A DNA stretch of 32,000 nucleotides from Cereibacter sphaeroides 2.4.1 (GCF_000012905.2 NC_007493.2:2760001-2792000), one strand, 5' to 3'. Shown: positions 13,908 through 21,704, counted from the first letter of the stretch. Numbers and translations are program-made. The notes: generated by a model from the sequence alone, not told the origin.

Positions 13908-15859
13908 GCGACGACCGCACCGACGACGATCTCGAGGCTCTGCGCCGGGCACTCGCGCGCGAGGCGGCTCCAGCGCCCGATCCCGAGGCACGGGCGCGCG
14001 CCATGGCGCTGGCGCTCGAGAATTACGACAGGTTCCAAGGACGGGCGAGCGGGCTGCGTCAGGGGAAGGACCGCCCGGCCGGGGCGGGGTTCCTCAACGG
14101 AGTGCGCCGCATGTCGGGTTCCTTCTTCTCCCGCCCCCTTCTCGCCGCCACCGGATCGGTCGCGGCTCTGGGCCTCGCCCTCGTCGTGGTGATGCCGAAC
14201 GCGCGGCTGGCCGAGCCGCCGCAGACCGCGCCGGACGCGCCCGAGGCGGATGCCCGCCTCGCCGCCGCGCCGGACGCGGGTGGCGGGGCCGAGACGGCCG
14301 GTGCGCCGGTTCCCGCGGAACCGCGGGCACGGAGCGCCGAGGGCGCCGCCCCGCAGACCTTCGCCGCCGACGAAGCGATGCCCATGGCTGCGCCGCCCGC
14401 GCCGGATCTCGCCCTCTCGAAGCAGGCCGCCGAAGCCCCCGCGCGCGCCCTTCCGCAGGGCGACAGCGAGGCCTTCGCGAATGCGCCCGACAATCCGCTC
14501 CGCGTGACCGCCGAGGATCCCGTCTCGACCTTCTCGATCGACGTGGATACGGCAAGCTACGCGATCCTCCGCTCGAGCCTGCGGGCCGGGCAGCTTCCCC
14601 CGCGCGAGGCGGTGCGGATCGAGGAGATGATCAACTACTTCCCGTACGATTACCCGGCGCCGGAGAACGGAACGCCGCCCTTCCGCCCCACCCTCTCCGT
14701 CACCCGGACGCCCTGGAACCCGGAGACGCAGCTCGTCCATGTGGCGCTGCAGGGCCGGATGCCCGCCATCGAGGACCGGCCGCCGCTGAACCTCGTCTTC
14801 CTGATCGACACGTCGGGCTCGATGCAGGATCCGGCGAAGCTGCCGCTCCTCAAGCAGTCGTTCGGGCTGATGCTCGGCCGCCTGCGCCCCGAGGATCAGG
14901 TGGCCATCGTGACCTATGCCGGCTCGGCGGGCGAGGTGCTGGCGCCCACGGCCGCGAACCAGCGCAGCACCATCCTCTCCGCCCTCGACCGGCTCGATGC
15001 CGGCGGATCGACCGCGGGAGAGGAGGGGCTGGCGCTCGCCTACCGGACGGCCTCGGAAATGGCGGGCGCGGGCGAGGTCACGCGCGTGGTGCTGGCCACC
15101 GACGGAGACTTCAACCTCGGGATCAGCGACCCGGAAGAGCTGGCCCGCCTCGTGGCGCACGAGCGCGACACCGGCATCTATCTCTCGGTGCTGGGCTTCG
15201 GGCGCGGCAATCTCGACGATGCGACGATGCAGGCGCTGGCGCAGAACGGCAACGGGCAGGCCGCCTATATCGACAGTCTGAACGAGGCGCAGAAGGTTCT
15301 GGTCGACCAGCTCAGCGGCGCGCTCTTTCCCATTGCCGACGATGTGAAGGTGCAGGTGGAGTGGAACCCGGCCCGCGTCGCGGAATACCGGCTCATCGGC
15401 TACGAGACCCGCGGCCTGCGCCGCGAGGATTTCGCCAACGACCGGGTCGATGCGGGCGAGATCGGCGCCGGCCATGCGGTGACGGCGATCTACGAGATCA
15501 CGCCGGTGGACAGCCCCGCGCGCCTGACCGATCCCCTGCGCTACGGCGCCGAACCGCCCGAGGGCGCGCATGGCGACGAACTGGGCTTCCTGCGGCTGCG
15601 CTACAAGGCGCCGGGCGAGAGCACATCGACCCTGATCGACACGCCGATCCCGGACATGCTGACCGAGGCCTCCGAGGACGTGCGCTTCTCCACCGCCATC
15701 GCGGGCTTCGGCGAGCTTCTGCGCGGGTCGGACAAGCTCGGCGCCTGGGGCTGGGACGAGGCCATCGCCTTGGCCGACGGGGCGCGCGGGGCCGATCCCT
15801 TCGGCTACCGGGTAGAGGCCGTCCAGCTGATGCGCCTGGCCGAGAGCCTCAGCCGCTGA
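13904..15859 (+). CDS. single-pass membrane protein with periplasmic von Willebrand factor A domain (YfbK-like); putative cognate anti-sigma or sensor partner
   Basis: Lies in the frame of track ORF 13580..15859, with the start at ATG 13904 (MSDDRTDDDLEALRR). The cytoplasmic N-terminus of about 75 aa has no Cys or His. One TM follows (LLAATGSVAALGLALVVVM), then an Ala/Pro-rich linker, then the segment STFSIDVDTASYAILR...MINYFPYDYP. The vWA MIDAS motif LVFLIDTSGSM has its DTSGS at 14807-14821. The C-terminal region is YfbK/DUF3520-like. Confidence 0.85.
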   Translation: MSDDRTDDDLEALRRALAREAAPAPDPEARARAMALALENYDRFQGRASGLRQGKDRPAGAGFLNGVRRMSGSFFSRPLLAATGSVAALGLALVVVMPNARLAEPPQTAPDAPEADARLAAAPDAGGGAETAGAPVPAEPRARSAEGAAPQTFAADEAMPMAAPPAPDLALSKQAAEAPARALPQGDSEAFANAPDNPLRVTAEDPVSTFSIDVDTASYAILRSSLRAGQLPPREAVRIEEMINYFPYDYPAPENGTPPFRPTLSVTRTPWNPETQLVHVALQGRMPAIEDRPPLNLVFLIDTSGSMQDPAKLPLLKQSFGLMLGRLRPEDQVAIVTYAGSAGEVLAPTAANQRSTILSALDRLDAGGSTAGEEGLALAYRTASEMAGAGEVTRVVLATDGDFNLGISDPEELARLVAHERDTGIYLSVLGFGRGNLDDATMQALAQNGNGQAAYIDSLNEAQKVLVDQLSGALFPIADDVKVQVEWNPARVAEYRLIGYETRGLRREDFANDRVDAGEIGAGHAVTAIYEITPVDSPARLTDPLRYGAEPPEGAHGDELGFLRLRYKAPGESTSTLIDTPIPDMLTEASEDVRFSTAIAGFGELLRGSDKLGAWGWDEAIALADGARGADPFGYRVEAVQLMRLAESLSR

Positions 15860-16054
15860 GGGGCGAAGGCGTTCGGGCGCCTCTCCCGCCGCAGCCTCCC
15901 TGCCGCCGACGGAGAGCCAGGAAGCAGGAGGGCCAAGCCACCGTTGACGCGGGGGCACGAGCCCACTCTGCCGAGCGCGTCCTGTCTGCGGCAGCGGTCG
16001 CGCGACGGGCGTGCATTTCGCGCTTCGCGAATGGCGGGGTCGTGGCGGCAGAGG

Positions 16055-16087
16055 CACACAGCAAAAGGAGCGCGCCTTGCGGCGCGC
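16055..16087 (-). terminator. rho-independent terminator after ibpA
   Basis: The minus strand reads GGCGCGC-GCAA-GCGCGCC (7-bp GC stem, 4-nt loop; plus coordinates 16070-16087). It is followed by TCCTTTTGCTGTGTG. It begins about 25 nt downstream of the ibpA stop. Confidence 0.6.
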
Positions 16088-16111
16088 CCCCGAACGACAT
16101 CGACAGAGAGA

Positions 16112-16588
16112 TCAGGCCTCGACCGGCTCCTTCACCGCCTCGATGGACCTGGTCCCACCGAGGTCGCCGCGGGCGATCTCGATGCGGCGCGGCTTCAGCG
16201 CTTCGGGCGTCTCGCGCACCAGATCGATGTGCAGCATCCCGTGCTCGTGCGTGGCACCGGAGACGCGGACATGATCGGCCAGCGCGAAGCGGCGCTCGAA
16301 GGCCCGGGTGGCAATGCCGCGGTGGAGATAGGTCCGCTCGGCTTCGTCCGCGGCCTTCCGGGCGCCGACATGGAGCGTGTTCTCCTTGACCTCGACCGCC
16401 AGCTCGTCGGGCGTGAAGCCCGCCACCGCGATCGAGATGCGATAGGCATTCTCGGCGGTCTTCTCGATGTTGTAGGGCGGATAGGTGGGCTGGGCGACCT
16501 CGCTGGTCATCACGCGGTCCATCAGGTCGGCAATCCGGTCGAAGCCGACGGTGGCGCGGTAGAGCGGCGAGAAATCATAGCTACGCAT
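16112..16588 (-). CDS. ibpA: small heat-shock protein (Hsp20/alpha-crystallin family)
   Basis: Lies in the frame of track ORF 16112..16663. I moved the start to ATG 16588 (MRSYDFSPLYRATVGFDRIADLMD), which mirrors the E. coli IbpA N-terminus. GGAGG sits 6 nt upstream. The alpha-crystallin core is YPPYNIEKTAENAYRISIAVAGF. Confidence 0.92.
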   Translation of the reverse strand: MRSYDFSPLYRATVGFDRIADLMDRVMTSEVAQPTYPPYNIEKTAENAYRISIAVAGFTPDELAVEVKENTLHVGARKAADEAERTYLHRGIATRAFERRFALADHVRVSGATHEHGMLHIDLVRETPEALKPRRIEIARGDLGGTRSIEAVKEPVEA

Positions 16589-16668
16589 GGTCATCCTCCA
16601 AGAAGCGATGCTGTGCGGTCCTCCCCCCGGGGGACGGACCAGACGCCGGGCCCGTTGTGGCACCCGGC
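16589..16668 (-). promoter_or_regulatory. ROSE-like RNA thermometer in the ibpA 5' UTR
   Basis: The minus-strand leader folds into three hairpins: 16645-16668, 16617-16640 and CAUCGCUUCUUGGAGGAUG (16592-16610). In the last hairpin UCGCU pairs with the SD AGGA, leaving the G bulged. That is the U(U/C)GCU:AGGA hallmark of ROSE elements. The AUG lies 3 nt after the hairpin. Confidence 0.6.
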
Positions 16669-16675
16669 AGGGAGA

Positions 16676-16704
16676 ATCTGGGCAGGCGCCGCGGCGATTT
16701 CAAG
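16676..16704 (-). promoter_or_regulatory. sigma32 (RpoH)-type heat-shock promoter for ibpA
   Basis: The minus strand reads CTTGAA (16704-16699), a spacer of 15-16 nt, then (G)CCCAGAT (to 16676). Compare the consensus CTTGAA-N13-17-CCCCATNT. The predicted TSS near 16668 gives a leader of about 80 nt. Confidence 0.5.
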
Positions 16705-16882
16705 AGCCTCCCAAGGCACCCCGCGCGGCTGACGCCGAAGCACCTCACGGCCGCCCTCCGCCATATGCGGGGGGGGCGCCACTGAAGCTGGAAGCCGCCC
16801 GGCGAGAGAGAGGTCCCGCGCCGCCTCGCCAGAGGATCGCACCTCCGGCCCACGGAAACCGCCAAGGCTGGCCCGCGTCCCC

Positions 16883-17683
16883 TTAGGGCAACTCGGGCCG
16901 CACGAACTTCGCCCCGCCGCCTTCCATCCGCACCATCGGCTCGACCCGGCGGATCTGGCCGCCTGCATGGTCGAGCTCGGCCAGAAGGTCCTCGAGCGGA
17001 TCGCCGATGTCGGTCCCCAGCGCGATCGGCCTGCCGTCCAGCTCCGCCTTGGCCGAGACGATCGAGACGAGGCGCGGCATGCCTTTGCGCAGGATGAAGA
17101 CCGGCGCGCCCGAGGATCCGAAATCGACCGAGCAGGACAGGACCAGCGCGCCCGGCAGCCGCCCGATCACGCTGCAGACCTCCTGCAGCGACGGCGCCTC
17201 GGCCCGGTCCTGCGCATAGGAGACGACGCCCACCCGGTCGCCGGAGAGGGCGCCCGGCTCCAGCCCGAACGGCCGGACCGAAGGCAGCCGGATCGGCCGG
17301 TCGAGCTCGAGCAGGGCCAGATCGAACCGCACCCGCTCGGCCGGTTCGCTGCCGGAAAAGACATAGTCGGGATGGGCCAGCGCCCGCCGCACCCTCCGGT
17401 AGGCCGCCGCGCGCCCGTTCCGCCAGCCCGCCAGAAACTCGAGCGCGCCGGCCTCGATCCGCGCGCCTGTCTCCCTGTCGTAGAGGCAGTGCGCCGCCGT
17501 CAGCACGAGGCCGGGCCGGATCAGCACCCCGGTGCAGAACCCCCGGTCGCCGAGGAGAATCTTGCCCACCGCCTCCCAGCCGCGGCTGTCGTCCCCGGTC
17601 TCGAGGCTCTTCAGCCGCGCCTCCTGCGCCGGGGCGGGCCCCGCAAGGCAGAGGATCAGCCCGAGGATCGTGAGGAAGCGCAT
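16883..17683 (-). CDS. secreted trypsin-like (S1 family) serine protease
   Basis: Lies in the frame of track ORF 16883..17701. The start is ATG 17683 (MRFLTILGLILCLAGPAPA-QE signal peptide), with GGAG 5 nt upstream. The catalytic His motif is LTAAHC, the Asp context is FDLALLELD, and the Ser motif is FGSSGAPVF. Confidence 0.85.
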   Translation of the reverse strand: MRFLTILGLILCLAGPAPAQEARLKSLETGDDSRGWEAVGKILLGDRGFCTGVLIRPGLVLTAAHCLYDRETGARIEAGALEFLAGWRNGRAAAYRRVRRALAHPDYVFSGSEPAERVRFDLALLELDRPIRLPSVRPFGLEPGALSGDRVGVVSYAQDRAEAPSLQEVCSVIGRLPGALVLSCSVDFGSSGAPVFILRKGMPRLVSIVSAKAELDGRPIALGTDIGDPLEDLLAELDHAGGQIRRVEPMVRMEGGGAKFVRPELP

Positions 17684-17734
17684 GGATGCTCCGGAAGCCA
17701 TGGCCCCTCGGGCTAGGCCCGGCTCATGGCCTTT

Positions 17735-19036
17735 TCATGGCGGATCGTTGCCGAGCTCCAGACGGCGCGGCTTCGGGCCGCCCGTCGCCCAGTCCAGAAG
17801 CTCGACCGTATGGACGACCGGCACGCCCATCCCCGATCCGATCTGCATGATGCAGCCGATGTTGCCCGCCGACACCACGTCGGGCTTCCGCGCCTCGAGG
17901 GTTGCCACCTTGCGCGCCTTGAGCTCGGCCGAGATCTCGGGATGGAGCAGGTTGTAGGTCCCGGCCGAGCCGCAGCAGAGATGCGGGTCGGCGGGCTCGG
18001 TCACCTCGAAGCCCGCGCGGGCCAGAAGCTCCTTGGGCGCCTGCCGGATGCGCTGCCCGTGCTGGAGCGAGCAGGCCGAATGGTAAGCCACCCGCAGGCC
18101 CTTCGGCGCGCCCTCGGGCAGGCCTAGCCGTTCGAGCAGCTCGGTCACGTCGAGCGCCAGCGCCGAGACCTCGGCCGCCTCCGCCGCCAGCGGATCGTTG
18201 CGGAAGATGTGGCCGTAATCCTTGATCGTCGTGCCGCAGCCGCTCGTGTTGATGACGATGGCGTCGAGCCCCCGCGCCCGCTTCTCCGCCATCCACGCCC
18301 GGATGTTGGTCGCGGCCAGCCCGTGGCTCTGCTCCGCGCGGCCCATGTGATGGGTGAGCGCCCCGCAGCAGCCCATGCCCTTCGGGATCACCACCTCGCA
18401 GCCCATCCGCCGCAGAAGCCGGATCGTCGCATCGTTGATGTCGGTGTCGAGCGCCCGCTGCGCGCAGCCCGTGAGCAGCGCCACCCGCATCCGCTTCGGG
18501 CCTGTCGCCTCGAACACCTGCGGCCGGTCGTTCGGCGAGGGCTTCGGCACATGATGCGGCGCCAGCGCCAGCATGGCCTTCAGCCGCGCGTCGGGCACCA
18601 GCCCCGCGAAGGGCCGGCCCAGCTGCGCCAGCCGCAGCGCCGCGCGGAACCGCGCCGGATAGGGCAGCAGCTGCGCCACTGTCCAGCGCAGCAGGCGCTC
18701 GAACAGCGGGCGGCGGTAGGTCTTCTCGATATGATCTCGGGCGTGGTCGACGAGATGCATGTAATGCACGCCCGAGGGGCAGGTCGTCATGCAGGCGAGG
18801 CAGCCGAGGCAGCGGTCGATATGCTTCACCGTCCTGGCATCGGCGGGCCGCCCGGCCTCGAGCATGTCCTTGATGAGGTAGATGCGGCCGCGCGGGCTGT
18901 CGAGCTCGTCGCCCAGCACCTGATAGGTCGGGCAGGTGGCCGTGCAGAAGCCGCAATGGACACAGGCGCGCAGGATCTCGTTCGAGCGTGCGACGCCCGG
19001 ATCCTGCAGCTGCTCGTCGGTGAAGGTCGTCTGCAA
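17735..19036 (-). CDS. glcF: glycolate oxidase iron-sulfur subunit
   Basis: A 433-aa ORF. Its TTG start (complement of 19034-19036) follows a GGGAGAG SD, giving an MQT... N-terminus as in E. coli GlcF. Two ferredoxin-type clusters are present (CVHCGFCTATCP and CLGCLACMTTCP), plus CCG motifs (GMGCCGA and HLCCGSAG). Confidence 0.93.
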   Translation of the reverse strand: MQTTFTDEQLQDPGVARSNEILRACVHCGFCTATCPTYQVLGDELDSPRGRIYLIKDMLEAGRPADARTVKHIDRCLGCLACMTTCPSGVHYMHLVDHARDHIEKTYRRPLFERLLRWTVAQLLPYPARFRAALRLAQLGRPFAGLVPDARLKAMLALAPHHVPKPSPNDRPQVFEATGPKRMRVALLTGCAQRALDTDINDATIRLLRRMGCEVVIPKGMGCCGALTHHMGRAEQSHGLAATNIRAWMAEKRARGLDAIVINTSGCGTTIKDYGHIFRNDPLAAEAAEVSALALDVTELLERLGLPEGAPKGLRVAYHSACSLQHGQRIRQAPKELLARAGFEVTEPADPHLCCGSAGTYNLLHPEISAELKARKVATLEARKPDVVSAGNIGCIMQIGSGMGVPVVHTVELLDWATGGPKPRRLELGNDPP

Positions 19037-19048
19037 GAGGCTCTCCCG

Positions 19049-20125
19049 TCAGGCCATGAGGCCGGGGTTGAAGAGGCCGCGCGGGTCGAACCTCGCGCGG
19101 AGGCCGGCGGCCAGGGCCGCGAGCGGCAGCGGCTCGGGATGGAAGGCCGCGACCGGCGCCGTCCCGCGCACCAGCGTGGCATGGCCCGCGAAGGGAGCGA
19201 TCCGCGCCCGCAGGTCGGTGCCGGGCTCCGTCAGGATCCAGACCAGCCCGCCGCCCCAGTCGAAGAGCGCCGCCCCCCCCGCCCGCGCCGCCACGGCGGG
19301 CGCCTCCGACGGCTTCAGCGAGAGCCGCCAGACGTCGCCCTCCCGGCCGTGGAAGGGCGCCACATCGCGGATCGCCGCCCAGGGGCTCTCCACTTCGGCC
19401 GCCTCGCCGAAGCCCGTGAGCAGCCGACGGAGCCTCTCCGCACGGTAGCGCACCGAGGCCTCGAACCCCTCGATCCGCAGGAAGGTCCCCCGCCCCGGCC
19501 AGTGCGCCGCGCCCGACACATCGAAGGGCGATCCGAGCGCCGCGGCCATCGCCTCCACCGCCCGCTCCGGCGCGAGGTCCGGCAGGGCCAGGGTCAGCTC
19601 CGTCTCGGGCAGCGGCAGAAGCTTGAAGGCCACCTCGCTCAGCACGCCCAGCGTGCCGTGGCTGCCCGCCATCAGCTTCACCAGATCGTAACCGGTGACA
19701 TTCTTCATCACCCGCCCGCCGTTCTTCACCACCTGCCCCACGCCATCGACGAAGCGCACGCCGATCAGACTGTCGCGGCAGGCCCCCGTCTGGATGCGCC
19801 GCGGCCCCGAGCCATTGGCCGCCACCACGCCCCCCAGCGTCGAGACGCCCTCCCGTCCGAGGAGCCCCCGCAGGTCCGGCGCCTCGAAGGGCAGCCGCTG
19901 GCCTTCGGCCGCGAGCATCGCCTCGATCTCCCCGAGCGGGCTGCCCGCCCCCGCCACCAGCGTGAGCGCCCCGGGCTCGTAGAGCCGCACGCCCGCCAGT
20001 CCCGCCGTCTCGAGCGGCGCGCCGTCGGTGCGCCCGATCGCGCGCGTGCCCCCGCCCCGGATCCGGAGCGGGCCAGCGGCGCCGCGCACGATCTCCGCCA
20101 GTTCCTCCTCGGTCGACGGCCGCAT
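19049..20125 (-). CDS. glcE: glycolate oxidase FAD-binding subunit
   Basis: Lies in the frame of track ORF 19049..20269. I moved the start to ATG 20125 (MRPSTEEELAEIVRGAAGPLRIRGGGTR). The FAD_binding_4-like N-terminus and the position between glcD and glcF support the call. The longer N-terminal extension would overlap glcD and is Arg/Pro-rich. Confidence 0.87.
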   Translation of the reverse strand: MRPSTEEELAEIVRGAAGPLRIRGGGTRAIGRTDGAPLETAGLAGVRLYEPGALTLVAGAGSPLGEIEAMLAAEGQRLPFEAPDLRGLLGREGVSTLGGVVAANGSGPRRIQTGACRDSLIGVRFVDGVGQVVKNGGRVMKNVTGYDLVKLMAGSHGTLGVLSEVAFKLLPLPETELTLALPDLAPERAVEAMAAALGSPFDVSGAAHWPGRGTFLRIEGFEASVRYRAERLRRLLTGFGEAAEVESPWAAIRDVAPFHGREGDVWRLSLKPSEAPAVAARAGGAALFDWGGGLVWILTEPGTDLRARIAPFAGHATLVRGTAPVAAFHPEPLPLAALAAGLRARFDPRGLFNPGLMA

Positions 20126-20164
20126 CCTGCCCCTTTCATTCTGGCTCAAATATCCTGCGGGGGT

Positions 20165-20185
20165 CCGGGGGCGCACGGCCCCCGG
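20165..20185 (-). other. intercistronic GC hairpin between glcD and glcE
   Basis: The sequence CCGGGGGC-N5-GCCCCCGG forms an 8-bp perfect stem. It lies in the 64-nt gap between the glcD stop (20190) and the glcE start (20125). No U-tract follows. Confidence 0.3.
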
Positions 20186-20189
20186 CGGT

Positions 20190-21623
20190 TCAGCCGGCAC
20201 GCCGGTCCCCGCTCGCATCCAACGGAAAGACCTTGGCCGGATTGAGCAGCCAGCGCGGATCGAACACATCCTTCACCCGCATCTGCGCCTCGAGATCCGC
20301 GGGCGCGAACTGCACCCCCATCAGGTCGCGCTTCTCCACCCCCACGCCATGCTCGCCGGTCAGGCAGCCGCCCACCTCGACGCAGAGCTTCAGGATCTCG
20401 GCTCCGAGCCGCTCGCAGCGTTCGAGATCGCCGGGCCGGTTCGCATCGAACAGGATCAGCGGATGCATGTTGCCGTCACCCGCGTGGAAGACATTGGCCA
20501 CCTCGAGCCCCGCCTCGGCGGCCAACTCGCCGATCCGCCGCAGCACCCGCGGCAGCTCCGTCACCGGGATCGTCCCGTCGAGGCACATGTAGTCGTTGAT
20601 CTGCCCCATCGCGCCGAAGGCCGATTTCCGCCCGAGCCAGATCCGCCGGCTCTCCTCCTCCGAGCGGCTCTCGCGCAGCTCGACCGGATCGTGCCGCCGC
20701 GCGATCTCGAGGATCCGGGCCAGCTGGTCGTCGATCTCGGCAGGCGAGCCCTCCACCTCGACGATGAGGAGCGCCTCGCAATCGGGATAGCCCGCCTTGG
20801 CGAAGGCCTCCGTCGCCCGGATGCAGGGCCGGTCCATGAATTCGATCGCCACCGGCAGGATACCCGCACGGATGATGTCCGACACGCAGGCGCCAGCCAC
20901 CTCGTTCGAGCCGAAGCCCATCAGCACCGGTCGCGCCCCCTCGGGCTTGGGCAGGATGCGCAGCGTGGCCTCGGTCACGACGCCGAGCTGCCCCTCCGAG
21001 CCGCAGATCACGCCCAGAAGATCGAGGCCCGGCGCGTCGAGATGCGCCCCGCCGATCTCGACCACGGTCCCGTCCATCAGCACCATGGTGACGCCCAGCA
21101 GATTGTTGGTCGTCACACCGTATTTCAGGCAATGGGCCCCGCCCGAGTTCATGGCGATATTGCCCGCGATGGCGCAGGCGAGCTGGCTCGAGGGATCGGG
21201 CGCATAGAAGAAGCCGTCCACCTCGACCGCGCCCGTCACCGAGAGGTTCGTCCGCCCGGTCTCGACCCGGATGAACCGGTTGGCATAGTCGGTCTCGAGC
21301 ACCCGGTTCATCCGGGCCACGCCCAGAATCACGCAATCCGCGGTGGGCAGCGCGCCTCCGGCCAGCGAGGTGCCCGAGCCGCGCGGCACCACCGGCACCC
21401 GCTCCTCGTGGCAGATCCGCAGGACGGCGGAGACTTCGGCCGTGGAGCGCGGCAGCACCGCCGCAAGCGGCGGGCAGCGATAGGCGGTCAGCGCGTCGCA
21501 TTCGTAGGCGCGGGTCTCGGCCTCGTCATGGATGACGGCATCGGCCGGCAGCACGGCCAGGAGCCGCTCGACGATGCGGGCCTTGCGGGCCAGGACAGCC
21601 TTGTCCGGTGGCGGCATGAGCAT
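20190..21623 (-). CDS. glcD: glycolate oxidase subunit GlcD (FAD-linked oxidase)
   Basis: A 477-aa ORF with ATG 21623 preceded by GGGAGGA. The FAD-binding PCMH motif is VVPRGSGTSLAGGALP. The C-terminal FAD-oxidase_C-like motif is GEHGVGVEKR. Confidence 0.95.
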   Translation of the reverse strand: MLMPPPDKAVLARKARIVERLLAVLPADAVIHDEAETRAYECDALTAYRCPPLAAVLPRSTAEVSAVLRICHEERVPVVPRGSGTSLAGGALPTADCVILGVARMNRVLETDYANRFIRVETGRTNLSVTGAVEVDGFFYAPDPSSQLACAIAGNIAMNSGGAHCLKYGVTTNNLLGVTMVLMDGTVVEIGGAHLDAPGLDLLGVICGSEGQLGVVTEATLRILPKPEGARPVLMGFGSNEVAGACVSDIIRAGILPVAIEFMDRPCIRATEAFAKAGYPDCEALLIVEVEGSPAEIDDQLARILEIARRHDPVELRESRSEEESRRIWLGRKSAFGAMGQINDYMCLDGTIPVTELPRVLRRIGELAAEAGLEVANVFHAGDGNMHPLILFDANRPGDLERCERLGAEILKLCVEVGGCLTGEHGVGVEKRDLMGVQFAPADLEAQMRVKDVFDPRWLLNPAKVFPLDASGDRRAG

Positions 21624-21649
21624 GGCGATCCTCCCTCGCGCGGTCAGCT

Positions 21650-21676
21650 TTTATAACCAATTTTGCCCCATGGCAA
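21650..21676 (-). promoter_or_regulatory. candidate sigma70-type promoter for glcDEF (TTGCCA-N15-TATAAA)
   Basis: The minus strand has TTGCCA (21676-21671), a 15-nt spacer and TATAAA (21655-21650). This is about 25 nt upstream of the glcD ATG, in the only AT-richer patch of the intergenic region. It is a motif match only, and the spacer is short. Confidence 0.3.
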
Positions 21677-21704
21677 CAGCGCCTCCTTGCATTATCGTGC
21701 CCGC

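Noticed and set aside
10385-16057. Very long antisense ORFs: 10385..12382 (-), 11868..13991 (-) and 13586..16057 (-, 823 aa).
   Set aside because: They mirror gabD, the CNNM transporter, the ECF sigma and the vWA gene. Their composition is junk-like (runs of R, G, A, P, H). The sense-strand genes carry unambiguous motifs.
15944-16732. A TTG-initiated 262-aa plus-strand ORF preceded by AGGAGGG (15926-15932).
   Set aside because: It is almost entirely antisense to ibpA and its leader. The translation has no recognisable fold signature. The SD-like purine run is better explained as part of the structured spacer.
17724-21656. ORFs 17724..18956 (-), 18209..20245 (+, 678 aa), 20028..21656 (+, 542 aa) and 20476..21501 (-).
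   Set aside because: They are alternative-frame or antisense shadows of glcF, glcE and glcD. They are R/G/P/A/H-rich with no motifs.
21671-21691. A sigma54-like TGGCAA ... TTGCAT pair in the glcD/DUF599 spacer.
   Set aside because: The GG-to-GC spacing is about 5 nt longer than the invariant -24/-12 geometry (TGGCAC-N5-TTGC). It cannot be an RpoN promoter.
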